IMG/VR virus record: IMGVR_UViG_3300009093_000034
Span: 124,001-188,000 of that record
Direction: 5' to 3' (one strand)
DNA: 64,000 bases
Under the pieces are notes generated by a model, which saw only the letters and a program-made list of their open reading frames with translations, did no database searches and had not been told where the DNA came from. Made by a program: the position numbers and the translations under genes. The number at the start of each line of letters is the position of its first letter. Positions within the stretch are counted from its first letter, which is position 1. This document shows positions 8,285-17,096 of this stretch, in pieces.

Positions 8285-9196
8285 ATGAGTGACACCTTAA
8301 CACTAGAGATCCTAGTCGGTGCCCCTGCTTCTGGTAAGTCCACTTACGCAGAAGAAAAACTAAAGACTGAGAAGAACTGGGTGAGGATCAACAAAGATAC
8401 CTTGAGAACCCAACTTCGTCAGGCCAAGAAAGATTTTACCGAGCGTGAGCTCAACAGTATTGAAGACATTCACATTGAGGCTGCGCTCAAAGCGGGATCA
8501 AGCGTGATCGTTGACGACACCAACTTGAATCCTTTCCATGTCAAAGATCGTCTACGACCTTTGGGACGGAAGTACGGAGCCAGAGTTCTTGTTAACACTG
8601 AGTTTCTTAAGGTTCCTGTGGAAGAACTGATTTCTCGAGACAAGAGACGAAAGAACTCTGTTGGTGCAGATGTCATCAACGACATGGTCGACAGGTTCTA
8701 TGCTACTTGGCTTAGGAACGCCACTCCTTGGTTGGATACAATCAAGGAAAACAAAGAGAAGACTCCTGTTTATCTCTTTGACTTGGACGGTACCTTGGCC
8801 TTCGCTACAGAGCGAGGTTGGTACGAGGACAAGTTGGCAGGAACGGACACTCCTAACATTCCTGTCATGGGAATCTTGAAGAGTCTTCTTCGCTCTGTGA
8901 GAGTCATCTTTGTTTCTGGTCGAGAAGATAAGTCTTGGCAAGTCACGTGGGATTGGCTCATTAAGCACAGTGAAGTAGGTTTTGACACGTGGGATTCTGG
9001 TCAACCTATGCTCTTGATGAGAAAGACGGGTGACGAGCGTTCTGATGACGTAGTCAAGGCTGAGATCTATAACGAGCAGATCAAGGACAACTTCAATGTT
9101 CTTGGGATCTTCGATGATCGACCTAAGGTCGTTCGAATGTGGAAGTCTCTTGGCTTGTTTGTGTTCGATTGTTACCAATCTGACCAAGAGTTCTAA
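8285..9196 (+). CDS. pseT: Polynucleotide 5'-kinase/3'-phosphatase (T4 PseT-like)
   Basis: P-loop GAPASGKST, RINKDTLR, HAD motif FDLDGT, FDDRPKVV. Confidence 0.93.
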   Translation: MSDTLTLEILVGAPASGKSTYAEEKLKTEKNWVRINKDTLRTQLRQAKKDFTERELNSIEDIHIEAALKAGSSVIVDDTNLNPFHVKDRLRPLGRKYGARVLVNTEFLKVPVEELISRDKRRKNSVGADVINDMVDRFYATWLRNATPWLDTIKENKEKTPVYLFDLDGTLAFATERGWYEDKLAGTDTPNIPVMGILKSLLRSVRVIFVSGREDKSWQVTWDWLIKHSEVGFDTWDSGQPMLLMRKTGDERSDDVVKAEIYNEQIKDNFNVLGIFDDRPKVVRMWKSLGLFVFDCYQSDQEF

Positions 9197-9223
9197 GATC
9201 TACTAATTTCTTAAGAGGTTTTT

Positions 9224-9433
9224 ATGGATGATCTTGTAACAATTTTAGGCGTCTATCTAGGCGAAACAGAAACTGATTCTGACGTGATAGAAGTCGGAAG
9301 AATGGTTGGTCAAGCTTTAGGCGAAGCAGCCAACGATGTTGAAGCTAATGCTACTTGGGCCAAAGTTTTTTCAGCTCTCAAAGATGGTTTTGAAGAAACT
9401 TTCAAGGGAAATACAAGACCTTTACCTTATTAA
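9224..9433 (+). CDS. Hypothetical protein
   Basis: RBS AAGAGG. Confidence 0.6.
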   Translation: MDDLVTILGVYLGETETDSDVIEVGRMVGQALGEAANDVEANATWAKVFSALKDGFEETFKGNTRPLPY

Positions 9434-9514
9434 AATTTATGTAGTGAGATCCGTGAAACACTACGAGAAATAAGAGCACGTGAAGGCTGACTAAGAGAAG
9501 AGATCAGCCAATAT

Positions 9515-9602
9515 AGAGTAGAGAACCCGGATGGTCTGGGGTCTGCCTGCTAAGCAGAACGTACGTGAAACATCGTATGGAATTCGATTTTCCCCTACTC
9601 TG
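9515..9602 (+). tRNA. tRNA-Ser(GCT)
   Basis: Loop CT-GCT-AA, long variable arm, G73. Confidence 0.8.
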
Positions 9603-9721
9603 AAAAGCCCCCGATCAGGGATCGAAGATGTCCTACGCCTCTCGAAGAAGCGCACCAATGGATCTGGAACGTAGGTCAGCGGTTGTCTCACCCCAACAGG
9701 ATATTTGAGAAAGGGTGGTTT

Positions 9722-9806
9722 GGATGAGTATGTTAGCGGCAATACGACCTGTTTCGAAAGCAGGCTCTTCCGAAAGGAAGCGTGAGTTCGAGTCTCACCT
9801 CATCCG
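9722..9806 (+). tRNA. tRNA-Ser(CGA)
   Basis: Loop TT-CGA-AA, long variable arm, G73. Confidence 0.9.
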
Positions 9807-9823
9807 TCCTTTACTAATTGTTC

Positions 9824-10228
9824 ATGAAGATCATCAACTACGTTATCATCGCAGCTGACCAGGACTTTCCTTTCGGTCAGGAACAACTCGATTGGGTTAC
9901 CCTACAGATCAAAGAGATGAAGGCCAAGAGCATCGTTTCTGTCACTGAGGTTGGTGAAGATGACGTGGCTACTTACGTAGCACAAAAACTTGGAATGGGA
10001 TGCCTTAAGATTCCTCCTCAACCTTATCACCCTGATGAAGGTTACTATGAGGATGCTAACCAGCCAACTCAAGAACAGTTGATTGCTAAGACTGCTCAAG
10101 CAGTCATCACTCTTGGTCAAGGCGAACTTGTTCAAGAGATGAAGAGAATCGCTGGAAACCAGTGGTTGACTCTCGTAGAGTTCAGAAACGCTCTTCTTGA
10201 TGCTTTCGATGCAGGGTTTGATATCTAA
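9824..10228 (+). CDS. Hypothetical protein (possibly SLOG-like)
   Basis: ATG 4 nt after ACTAATT motif; family guess weak. Confidence 0.55.
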   Translation: MKIINYVIIAADQDFPFGQEQLDWVTLQIKEMKAKSIVSVTEVGEDDVATYVAQKLGMGCLKIPPQPYHPDEGYYEDANQPTQEQLIAKTAQAVITLGQGELVQEMKRIAGNQWLTLVEFRNALLDAFDAGFDI

Positions 10229-10237
10229 GTAAATTTT

Positions 10238-10338
10238 GGCTCGGGTGCCTTGACGGTGCAGGGAGATCGCGTGAAAACGATCTGCGGCTGACAAATGGTA
10301 GGCCCGTTTAGACGTTCGACTCGTTCACCGAGCCTCCA
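10238..10338 (+). tRNA. Atypical tRNA with tRNA-Sec/allo-tRNA-like fold; anticodon loop CGTGAAAA
   Basis: Extended acceptor, 5-bp D stem around ACGGTG, 6-bp anticodon stem, long variable arm, 4-bp T stem, encoded CCA. Confidence 0.6.
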
Positions 10339-10350
10339 TTTCTCTCTTCC

Positions 10351-10358
10351 ACTAATTA
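10351..10358 (+). promoter_or_regulatory. Class B (late-like) promoter motif ACTAAWT (representative copy)
   Basis: Copies at 3841, 5435, 9202, 9813, 17506, 25809, 27284, 34723, 60014 (+) and 51775, 54319 (-, heading structural genes). Confidence 0.6.
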
Positions 10359-10373
10359 AGAAAGAGGAAGAGA

Positions 10374-10823
10374 ATGCTTTTCAAAAACCCTGATTTTGGT
10401 CATGATACCAGAGTAACCTTCAACCCAACAACGTTGCTGGGTTCTGCTATCACAGCTCAAAAGGCTATCTTTACAGCTTACTACAACGCAACTGTATCTT
10501 GGTTAGGTTTGTCCTCTCCTCCTGCTTCAACTGTGTTCTTTCCTGGTGGCGGTCAAGTTCTTGGAGATTTCATCCAAGCTACTAACAGCCCTGGAAATTG
10601 GAACCCAGCCTTGGGTCCTCAGGGTGCTTTCACTAAGTACCAAGCTGCCTTGTTGACCAACATCTTGGAGATCATCAACAACTTGACTAGCATGCTAGCC
10701 TTTGTAACGTTGGCTCCAACCACGGCTTCCTTTAGGTACGATACTTGGTTAGTTTGGAACACCTATGCTAACCAGTCTGTACCTTCAGCTGGAGATCTTC
10801 TAACCATCAAGGACCCTACTTAA
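10374..10823 (+). CDS. Hypothetical protein, possibly virion-associated
   Basis: Class B motif plus RBS; N/T/A/G-rich like the fibre genes. Confidence 0.6.
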   Translation: MLFKNPDFGHDTRVTFNPTTLLGSAITAQKAIFTAYYNATVSWLGLSSPPASTVFFPGGGQVLGDFIQATNSPGNWNPALGPQGAFTKYQAALLTNILEIINNLTSMLAFVTLAPTTASFRYDTWLVWNTYANQSVPSAGDLLTIKDPT

Positions 10824-10835
10824 CAGTAGGATGAT

Positions 10836-11129
10836 ATGGTGAAACTAAAAGATCTCGAGCCTAGATACTTTGGCTTAGATGACACAGGACGAACGGTAGG
10901 TTTGACCTTTCTTTGTCCACATTGTCTTAAAGAACGATTGGGCGTGTTCTTTCATGAGAGAGGACAAGAAGCTGTACAGGACAGCTACATCAAGGCCCAT
11001 TCTCCTGGAACAAACCATATCTGGACAAAAACAGGTATGAGCTTTGACAACCTAACGTTGGAACCTTCCATTGACGCAAGCGCTACAGGTCATTGGCATG
11101 GTTTTATACTAAATGGTGAGATCAAGTAA
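10836..11129 (+). CDS. DUF6527-like protein
   Basis: FLCPHC...WTKTGMSFDNLTLEPSI...HWHGFILNGEI pattern. Confidence 0.7.
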   Translation: MVKLKDLEPRYFGLDDTGRTVGLTFLCPHCLKERLGVFFHERGQEAVQDSYIKAHSPGTNHIWTKTGMSFDNLTLEPSIDASATGHWHGFILNGEIK

Positions 11130-11131
11130 AC

Positions 11132-11203
11132 GATCGTGTAGTGTAACGGATAGCACAAGACCCTGCGAAGGTCTTAATCCCGGTTCGAATCCGGGCATGA
11201 TCA
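11132..11203 (+). tRNA. tRNA-Arg(GCG)
   Basis: AGACC-CT-GCG-AA-GGTCT. Confidence 0.88.
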
Positions 11204-11330
11204 TATTGACGCGTCGGTGATAGGGAATACATCGGATAACTTTCTGCTTTCGGGCAGGAATATAAGGTTCAAACCCTTAAAGCCATCGAAAGGTGGTTAC
11301 AATTCCCTCCAAGTAAAACCGTCAATTCAT

Positions 11331-11402
11331 GCGATAGTAGTTCAACGGTGGAACACCTCATTGCCAATGAGGAGGCCGCGGGATCATCACCCGCCTATCG
11401 CT
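11331..11402 (+). tRNA. tRNA-Gly(GCC), atypical T loop ATCATCA
   Basis: GCGATAG/CTATCGC, loop TT-GCC-AA, U73. Confidence 0.85.
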
Positions 11403-11416
11403 TTGTCGTTAGGAAA

Positions 11417-11830
11417 ATGCAACACCTTACAAACGTTCCCTCACACGGTTCTCTTAAAGAGCTCGCCAAAGCTGTTGGCGATTTACGTTACGATGCTCTA
11501 GAGGACTTTCTCTACGAACTCCAGCAAAAACTTTATAATGACTCACGCGCTGACCAACTACGAGGCCGTTCAAAGTTGTCTCAAAGTTTGGCTAACTCTG
11601 CCGATATGCTTGCGTACGTGAGAACTCATGTCTCCACAGCTTGGAAGATCTCAGCTCCCTTTATGAATGAAAAAGTCTCTAAGAAAGAAAGAGAGACAGA
11701 CCAACTTTTTGAAAAGTTGGGTGAGCTTCTTGAACAGGCTAAAGAAGTCCAACTTTCAGAGTCCTTCTGGAAGAAGCTCTGGAAAGATAGAAGGAAAGAG
11801 GCAAAAGAACATGCCAGAAAACATCTCTAA
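11417..11830 (+). CDS. Hypothetical protein
   Basis: ATG after AGGA; the longer track start lies inside tRNA-Gly. Confidence 0.6.
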   Translation: MQHLTNVPSHGSLKELAKAVGDLRYDALEDFLYELQQKLYNDSRADQLRGRSKLSQSLANSADMLAYVRTHVSTAWKISAPFMNEKVSKKERETDQLFEKLGELLEQAKEVQLSESFWKKLWKDRRKEAKEHARKHL

Positions 11831-12032
11831 AGATCTGTTGGTCATAGCTAAGGCTTGTAGATTGGCCAACGAGTTTGACTCAGTTCCAAGTCTTGAAGAC
11901 TACGAGGAATCTTCATCGTATGATCCTCAAGACGAACTAGCCAAGTTAGCTATTGAGAAGTACCATTGGTACAGTTACTCGGACATGCCTGGTATATTAT
12001 TACATTACATCGAGACAAACATCCATGAGTGA
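11811..12032 (+). CDS. Hypothetical protein
   Basis: Overlap-coupled ORF. Confidence 0.55.
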   Translation: MPENISKDLLVIAKACRLANEFDSVPSLEDYEESSSYDPQDELAKLAIEKYHWYSYSDMPGILLHYIETNIHE

Positions 12033-12261
12033 CGAAATTAAAGTGATCAAGAAGATCGAACCAAACAGAACAACACCTCCTAGGTTTTGGAACAAGATCG
12101 CTGCGTCTGTGGCTTTAACAGTGATTGGCGTGATCGAGTTGATCTTCTCAACAAAGTTGGGTTGGTTGGCATTGGTATTAGGTTTGACTAACATCGCAGT
12201 TGCCTTAGTGGTTTTAACCTTGGGAATACTGGAGAATAATAGAAATGTCAAGAAGCACTGA
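12025..12261 (+). CDS. Small two-TM membrane protein
   Basis: Two hydrophobic segments. Confidence 0.6.
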   Translation: MSDEIKVIKKIEPNRTTPPRFWNKIAASVALTVIGVIELIFSTKLGWLALVLGLTNIAVALVVLTLGILENNRNVKKH

Positions 12262-12718
12262 ACGATTTGTGTTCGTCATTGATACGGACAAGTACGCAGG
12301 TAACTTTGAACGAGAGACCTGTGCTTTTGTCACTGGTCAAGTAGGTGAGTGTGGAGTGGGAGATGAAGAAGCAGATCTCTTTGAGCAAGCTGCTTCTCTC
12401 GGCATGGTTTCAGAAGATATTCAAGAAGAGATCGAAGACAAGATACTTCAAGTAGATGACGAAGGAACTTTCAGACCTACTCAGATCTGGTCAACTCCTT
12501 CTGCTCATGTTGATGAGTCTGGAGCTCCCTACAACTCTGTGGGTATCTTCTTTGAAGAACAGCCTTCTCCAAAACTCGTTGGATTTATGAAGAAAAGAGC
12601 TCAAGAGTATTGTAACCCAGGATCTTCTTATCTTTCTGACTATCAAAAGTATGAGATCACAGGTTTTAGACTCTTAAGAGAAGTCACGACTGTGACAGAA
12701 GAAGAACTCAGCATCTAA
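12245..12718 (+). CDS. Hypothetical protein
   Basis: 157-aa ORF in operon. Confidence 0.65.
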   Translation: MSRSTERFVFVIDTDKYAGNFERETCAFVTGQVGECGVGDEEADLFEQAASLGMVSEDIQEEIEDKILQVDDEGTFRPTQIWSTPSAHVDESGAPYNSVGIFFEEQPSPKLVGFMKKRAQEYCNPGSSYLSDYQKYEITGFRLLREVTTVTEEELSI

Positions 12719-12719
12719 C

Positions 12720-12902
12720 ATGGAAAAGATCACTATTAAAGTAAATCTCGATGAAGAGATGATGTTCATTCACAGACAGAATGGAGCATCTCTATTTTAT
12801 GGAAATTTCTGGGATGTAGGAAAAAATCCTCAATTCTTCAAAGAGTTATTTGAAGATCTGGATTTTTCTGTAGAAGTTATCGAAACAAAGGAATCAATCT
12901 AA
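12720..12902 (+). CDS. Hypothetical protein
   Basis: Tightly packed ORF. Confidence 0.55.
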   Translation: MEKITIKVNLDEEMMFIHRQNGASLFYGNFWDVGKNPQFFKELFEDLDFSVEVIETKESI

Positions 12903-12903
12903 A

Positions 12904-13923
12904 ATGGATATCAAGATCATCGGTTGTGGCGGAGCTTTCTCCGAAGACGGTTATTTATTTCACCAGTCTTTTTTGATCAGTGAAGGTGGAGAGAACCTTC
13001 TATTTGATATGGGCAAGGACGTTTGGCCTTGGGCTATGAAGAAGCAAGGCTTGGGTGTTAATGACATCCATCAGGTCTTGATCACTCACCGTCATGACGA
13101 TCACATCGGTTCATTGGGAACTTTTGGTCTCAAGAGATACAATTGGTTTGAGAAACCTATTCACTGGAAAGACTCAAAGAGAGATTACGCTCCTACCCTG
13201 ATTTACTCCATGGACCTTCAAGATGGTCTTTGGGAGTCTCTTAGAGGTAACCTTGAAACCAATGAAGGTTTCGTAGGTTCTTTGGAAACGTTCTTCAAGT
13301 TGAAGCCTATCAAGGAAAACGAGCACTGGGATTTCCACGGTTGGGATCTTCAATTGGTTCGCCAAGTCCATGTCATGGCCGGAAACTCTTTGATGAGTAC
13401 TCATGGTTTGTTCCTGGAGAAGGGTGATCACAGAATCTTCCTGACCGGTGACTGTCAGTTCTTCCAGCCCAAACAGGTTATCTGGTTCTACAACCGAGCT
13501 ACCTTCATCATCACAGACAACGAAACTGTAGGATCCAACTTCCTTTTCCAAGAAGGAACTGAAGTCTACGACGTAACCATCGATGGAAAGAAGGTTACCA
13601 AGCTTTGGCCTACTCTTCTTGAAGACCCTGATGGAATGAAGGTCATGGAACTAATGGCCCAGGATTTCACTCCCTACAAGTGGGAAGTCTTGAAATTCTC
13701 TTCAGGTGTTCACTCGACCTATCCTGAATTGGCAGGTTATCCTTCCGCCAATGCTACAAGGCTTGCTCCTGAGATCAAGAAAAAGATGCACCTTTCTCAC
13801 TATGGTGACCACGTTCCTCAGAACAAGGATGCCTTTGGCAATGATCTTGACTGGGAAGCTCAAGCTAAGAAAGACGGCTTTGCTGGATTCGTCAAGCCTG
13901 GACAGGTCTTTCATTTCGAGTAA
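12904..13923 (+). CDS. MBL-fold metallohydrolase, Apyc1-like cyclic-nucleotide phosphodiesterase (alternative: RNase Z-like)
   Basis: IGCGGAFS, ITHRHDDHIG (HxHxDH), TGDCQF, SGVH, HYGD. Confidence 0.8.
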   Translation: MDIKIIGCGGAFSEDGYLFHQSFLISEGGENLLFDMGKDVWPWAMKKQGLGVNDIHQVLITHRHDDHIGSLGTFGLKRYNWFEKPIHWKDSKRDYAPTLIYSMDLQDGLWESLRGNLETNEGFVGSLETFFKLKPIKENEHWDFHGWDLQLVRQVHVMAGNSLMSTHGLFLEKGDHRIFLTGDCQFFQPKQVIWFYNRATFIITDNETVGSNFLFQEGTEVYDVTIDGKKVTKLWPTLLEDPDGMKVMELMAQDFTPYKWEVLKFSSGVHSTYPELAGYPSANATRLAPEIKKKMHLSHYGDHVPQNKDAFGNDLDWEAQAKKDGFAGFVKPGQVFHFE

Positions 13924-13926
13924 GCT

Positions 13927-14166
13927 ATGAAGTTCTTAGAGTTTACGGATGAACAAAAGAAATTACTGAATCTTCCTTCTTACATTCCTGAAATTTATGG
14001 AAGAAGAACAATCAAACTTCCAAAAAATCAGACAATTCTATATTGTGATGATTGTAATGAACTAGCTGAAGGTTTTGAACTCTATGGAGAAGAGAGTTAC
14101 GTTTTTCCATGGTGTTCATATCATGACCCTGATTGGGATAACAATGGGAGTGCTTGTGGTGGATAA
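13927..14166 (+). CDS. Hypothetical protein with Cys pairs
   Basis: CDDC and CSYH. Confidence 0.5.
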   Translation: MKFLEFTDEQKKLLNLPSYIPEIYGRRTIKLPKNQTILYCDDCNELAEGFELYGEESYVFPWCSYHDPDWDNNGSACGG

Positions 14167-14947
14167 GAAACTTAAGATCCAAAAGATCTCAACCAGAGTT
14201 CAAATGACTAGTTTAGTTGCTATTCTTGGAGAACCTCCAGTTTCTTTTGGAAACTATTGTTCTGTCAAAGAAGGCTATCTAGTCAACATGTGGGCCGAGA
14301 ATCTTGAAGCTCTTCAAGAACAACTTGGAGACAAGATGGAAGCCTACAAGATTGGCAATAACTACTATTGGGTGATGGATCCAAGAATTCCAAAAGACTA
14401 TCTTCATGAGAAACCTTGCTTTACTGGAAGTGGTTACTCTATCACTAAGAAACTACGAACCTTAGCTGCTAAGCTTTCGTGGGAACATAACCATGGACCT
14501 TGGCCTGAGGACTATTGTGGTTGTAAAGATGATCGAGAGTTTTTTGAGAAAGACCCTGAAGTTAATGTCACCTTTCCTCCTTACATGATCGAGATCTCTT
14601 GTCCAATTTGTGGAGAAGTTTGGGCCAAAGGTGAGATTGGAAAACCTCTTCCTTGGAAAGACAAGGAGTACTTTGCCGGACTTCCTGATGATTCAGAACC
14701 TCCTATCATCATGGTTGGTTACAAGTTCAATCACAAACCAGAGTCTCTTGGAGTTACCTTCTCTAATGTAGAAGAAGATGATTTGGAAGTTGAGTATAGT
14801 TCAGAGACTGAGATGCTTATTGCTCCACAATTTTTGTCTACGGAACCTTTGGATTTAAGTTTAATAGGAACACAAAATCCAAATTTAACCCCAGGAACAC
14901 ACAGGTTAAAGTTTACTACAACAGATTCCAAAGAAGAAAAGATCTGA
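14144..14947 (+). CDS. Hypothetical protein (start uncertain)
   Basis: Long ORF with CPIC. Confidence 0.6.
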   Translation: MGVLVVDKKLKIQKISTRVQMTSLVAILGEPPVSFGNYCSVKEGYLVNMWAENLEALQEQLGDKMEAYKIGNNYYWVMDPRIPKDYLHEKPCFTGSGYSITKKLRTLAAKLSWEHNHGPWPEDYCGCKDDREFFEKDPEVNVTFPPYMIEISCPICGEVWAKGEIGKPLPWKDKEYFAGLPDDSEPPIIMVGYKFNHKPESLGVTFSNVEEDDLEVEYSSETEMLIAPQFLSTEPLDLSLIGTQNPNLTPGTHRLKFTTTDSKEEKI

Positions 14948-14975
14948 GATATTGTATCTTGTAAAGAGGTACAAG

Positions 14976-15677
14976 ATGTCCGTCATTGAGAAGACCAAAA
15001 GAGCCAACTCATTGCCCTACAACCTTATCCCGTTGACGGATGTGGTTCTCGGTGGCGGAAAAGGTTGGAACCACCAGAAGTTTTGCGTATTCTGCGGTGG
15101 AACCATTCAGTTCCCTCGTGGTGGAGAACCCTTGGGTTTTTGTTGCAGGGCTAGTCGAACTCTCGGAGAGATGAGAGCTAATCTGAAGGTGAACAAGAAC
15201 TTCGACGACATCAAGACCTTCGTTGAAGCTAATCGGAAGTTCTACATTGTCTTCACAGGGAAGAAGAACCACACGATTGTTCATACCCCTGAAGAACTCG
15301 CCGCTCTGATCGCCAACAAAGAAGCTTTGCAGGCAGAACGTGCTCGCCTCGACAAGATCGAAGCTGAAAAGCGTGCCGCTGAACGTAAAGTTTGGGAAGA
15401 AGAATGGCGTCTCAAGAAGATCGAGATGGATCGTTTGGAAAAACTTCGTCTCGGGAAGTCTGGAGAAACCTTGGGGAACTCTTCTCTGAGGGAGATGGTC
15501 GATCACTTGATCTATCTGGCCAACTACACTCCGGAGTACTACGAAGATTATCCGGAAACGACTTGGAAAGAAGTTGTTCAACTGAAGGAGCTCACCAGCT
15601 ACATTCAGAACAACTACGAGACCTTGATAGAGAAAGAGATTCGTAACAGAGAGTATCAAGCTTCTCTGGACGAGTAA
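14976..15677 (+). CDS. Hypothetical protein with coiled coil
   Basis: Class A motif and GAGGT RBS upstream; CVFC..CCR. Confidence 0.7.
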   Translation: MSVIEKTKRANSLPYNLIPLTDVVLGGGKGWNHQKFCVFCGGTIQFPRGGEPLGFCCRASRTLGEMRANLKVNKNFDDIKTFVEANRKFYIVFTGKKNHTIVHTPEELAALIANKEALQAERARLDKIEAEKRAAERKVWEEEWRLKKIEMDRLEKLRLGKSGETLGNSSLREMVDHLIYLANYTPEYYEDYPETTWKEVVQLKELTSYIQNNYETLIEKEIRNREYQASLDE

Positions 15678-15688
15678 GGAATTACTGA

Positions 15689-15931
15689 ATGAAAGGTCTG
15701 ATTGCTTTCTACGCAGCTCTTGGCACCATGATTGCTGTAGCAGCAGTCGCCTATGGCGGAATGGCTTTCACTCTTTGGGAGTTAAACCCGGAGAAGTGGT
15801 TTGATTTCCAGAGAGCCATAGTTGCAGCGTTCGTCATCATTGGTGCTTTGGTTGGTAGCATCATGATTGGTCCTATGTGCTACATGTATTTGAAGGACAA
15901 AAACAGATCAACCAAGTCTAAGACTAACTGA
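15689..15931 (+). CDS. Two-TM membrane protein
   Basis: Two hydrophobic helices; RBS AAGGA. Confidence 0.65.
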   Translation: MKGLIAFYAALGTMIAVAAVAYGGMAFTLWELNPEKWFDFQRAIVAAFVIIGALVGSIMIGPMCYMYLKDKNRSTKSKTN

Positions 15932-15938
15932 GTTAAGA

Positions 15939-16105
15939 AAGATTCGTTGGTCGTGGGTGTAAGAGAGTATCCTCTGGGTGAATAACCGTCTAAGGAAGGA
16001 CGACACAGTAATCCGGGATGGGACCTTTCGAGGGGTAATTCCTGCCCCAGTTCTGGTGGCTTTCGCGGGAGCCAAAATTTCCAGACCCCATGACCAACGA
16101 ATCTT
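15939..16105 (+). ncRNA. Orphan structured RNA with 19-bp closing stem
   Basis: 15939-15957 pairs with 16087-16105. Confidence 0.6.
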
Positions 16106-16110
16106 AAAAC

Positions 16111-16183
16111 GCTCCTGTGGTGCAAGGTAGACACGCCATCCTCAGAAGATGGAGACAGTGTGGGGTCGAACCCACCAGGAGTA
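16111..16183 (+). tRNA. tRNA-Leu(CAG) with short variable region
   Basis: CCATC-CT-CAG-AA-GATGG; 7-nt variable region; T loop GTCGAAC. Confidence 0.75.
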
Positions 16184-16202
16184 TTAGAGAGAATGTTCGA
16201 AA

Positions 16203-16325
16203 GTTCTCTTGAACAGCGGAACGGCACCTGCAGAAGGCTGGTACGATGTCGGATAGTACCTAAGTGTTGCTGGACTGGCACGCGGCTCGCAAGCCGAGGA
16301 AGAGGTTCGAGTCCTCTAGGGAACA
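16203..16325 (+). ncRNA. tRNA-shelled RNA with expanded D arm
   Basis: Acceptor GTTCTCT/AGGGAAC, perfect T arm, ~60-nt branched D region. Confidence 0.6.
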
Positions 16326-16329
16326 TAGA

Positions 16330-16745
16330 AAAGAAACCGCTAGATAGTTCAGCGAGGAACTTTGCGTGTTCTTTTTTAACTGAGAAGAAGCACCACTCAA
16401 GTTGAGTTTGGGAGCAGGCCGACATAGCATCGGTGATGGTGCAGTTGAGAGGAAAGACCACCCAGAGTACCTCTCTACAGTTTTAGGAGAGAACAGTTTC
16501 AGAAACTGATACAATGTGAGAACATTGTGTGCAGGGAGTAAGGCACAGAAGACCCTTCAACAAGGCAGTGCTTGAGGCGAGTTGTTGCCGCCGGTCCAAT
16601 TCAGTTTGGATCCCTGCACAGAGTGCTCTCTGAGTACTTTTTATTGGTGGGTAATCTTCATTTCCTGGTTGACCCTAGGACGAAGATCAATCACCCCTCT
16701 GAAGTCGAAGGGTTAATACCCTGTCCTGAGCTGGTCAAAGCGAAG
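16330..16745 (+). ncRNA. Large orphan structured RNA
   Basis: 16447-52/16470-75, hairpins 16494-16508 and 16511-16528, 16529-37/16611-19. Confidence 0.55.
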
Positions 16746-16758
16746 GGTAGTAAGAGGA

Positions 16759-16830
16759 CTTCCTATAGCACAGCGGCTAGTGCCCTCGGTTTATACCTTG
16801 GAGACCTTGGTTCGAGTCCAAGTAGGAGTA
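16759..16830 (+). tRNA. tRNA-Ile(TAT), weak anticodon stem
   Basis: Good D and T arms, loop TT-TAT-AC, mismatched anticodon stem. Confidence 0.65.
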
Positions 16831-17022
16831 TTGATTCGGAATCTTGAGATGAGAGCAGCGGTCAAGATCGCAACTTGACTCCAAGCCGCCAAGACAGATT
16901 CCCTAATCGAAGGAGAAGCTCAACCTTTAAGAGCGAGGGTGTCGTAACCCAGGCACCATCCAAGGAACCACCAGCCCTTTAAGCTGGAGGAGAGGTATCG
17001 GGGTAACCGAAGGTTCCAACAT

Positions 17023-17094
17023 GCTGGCATCGTCTACAGGAAGGATGCAACGTTCTCAACGTTGTCGACGACGGTTCGAATCCGTCTGCCAGTA
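17023..17094 (+). tRNA. tRNA-Glu(CTC)
   Basis: CAACG-TT-CTC-AA-CGTTG. Confidence 0.85.
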
Positions 17095-17096
17095 GC

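Noticed and set aside
10238-10338. Functional selC (UCA) or selenoprotein recoding
   Set aside because: The loop reads TGA, not TCA; no in-frame TGA gene or SelA/B/D in the window
11208-11290. tRNA at 11208
   Set aside because: T-like hairpin is present but the acceptor does not pair and there is no anticodon arm
16440-16720. Second RNase P RNA
   Set aside because: Only GAGGAAAGACC resembles CR-I; no complementary P4/CR-V segment found
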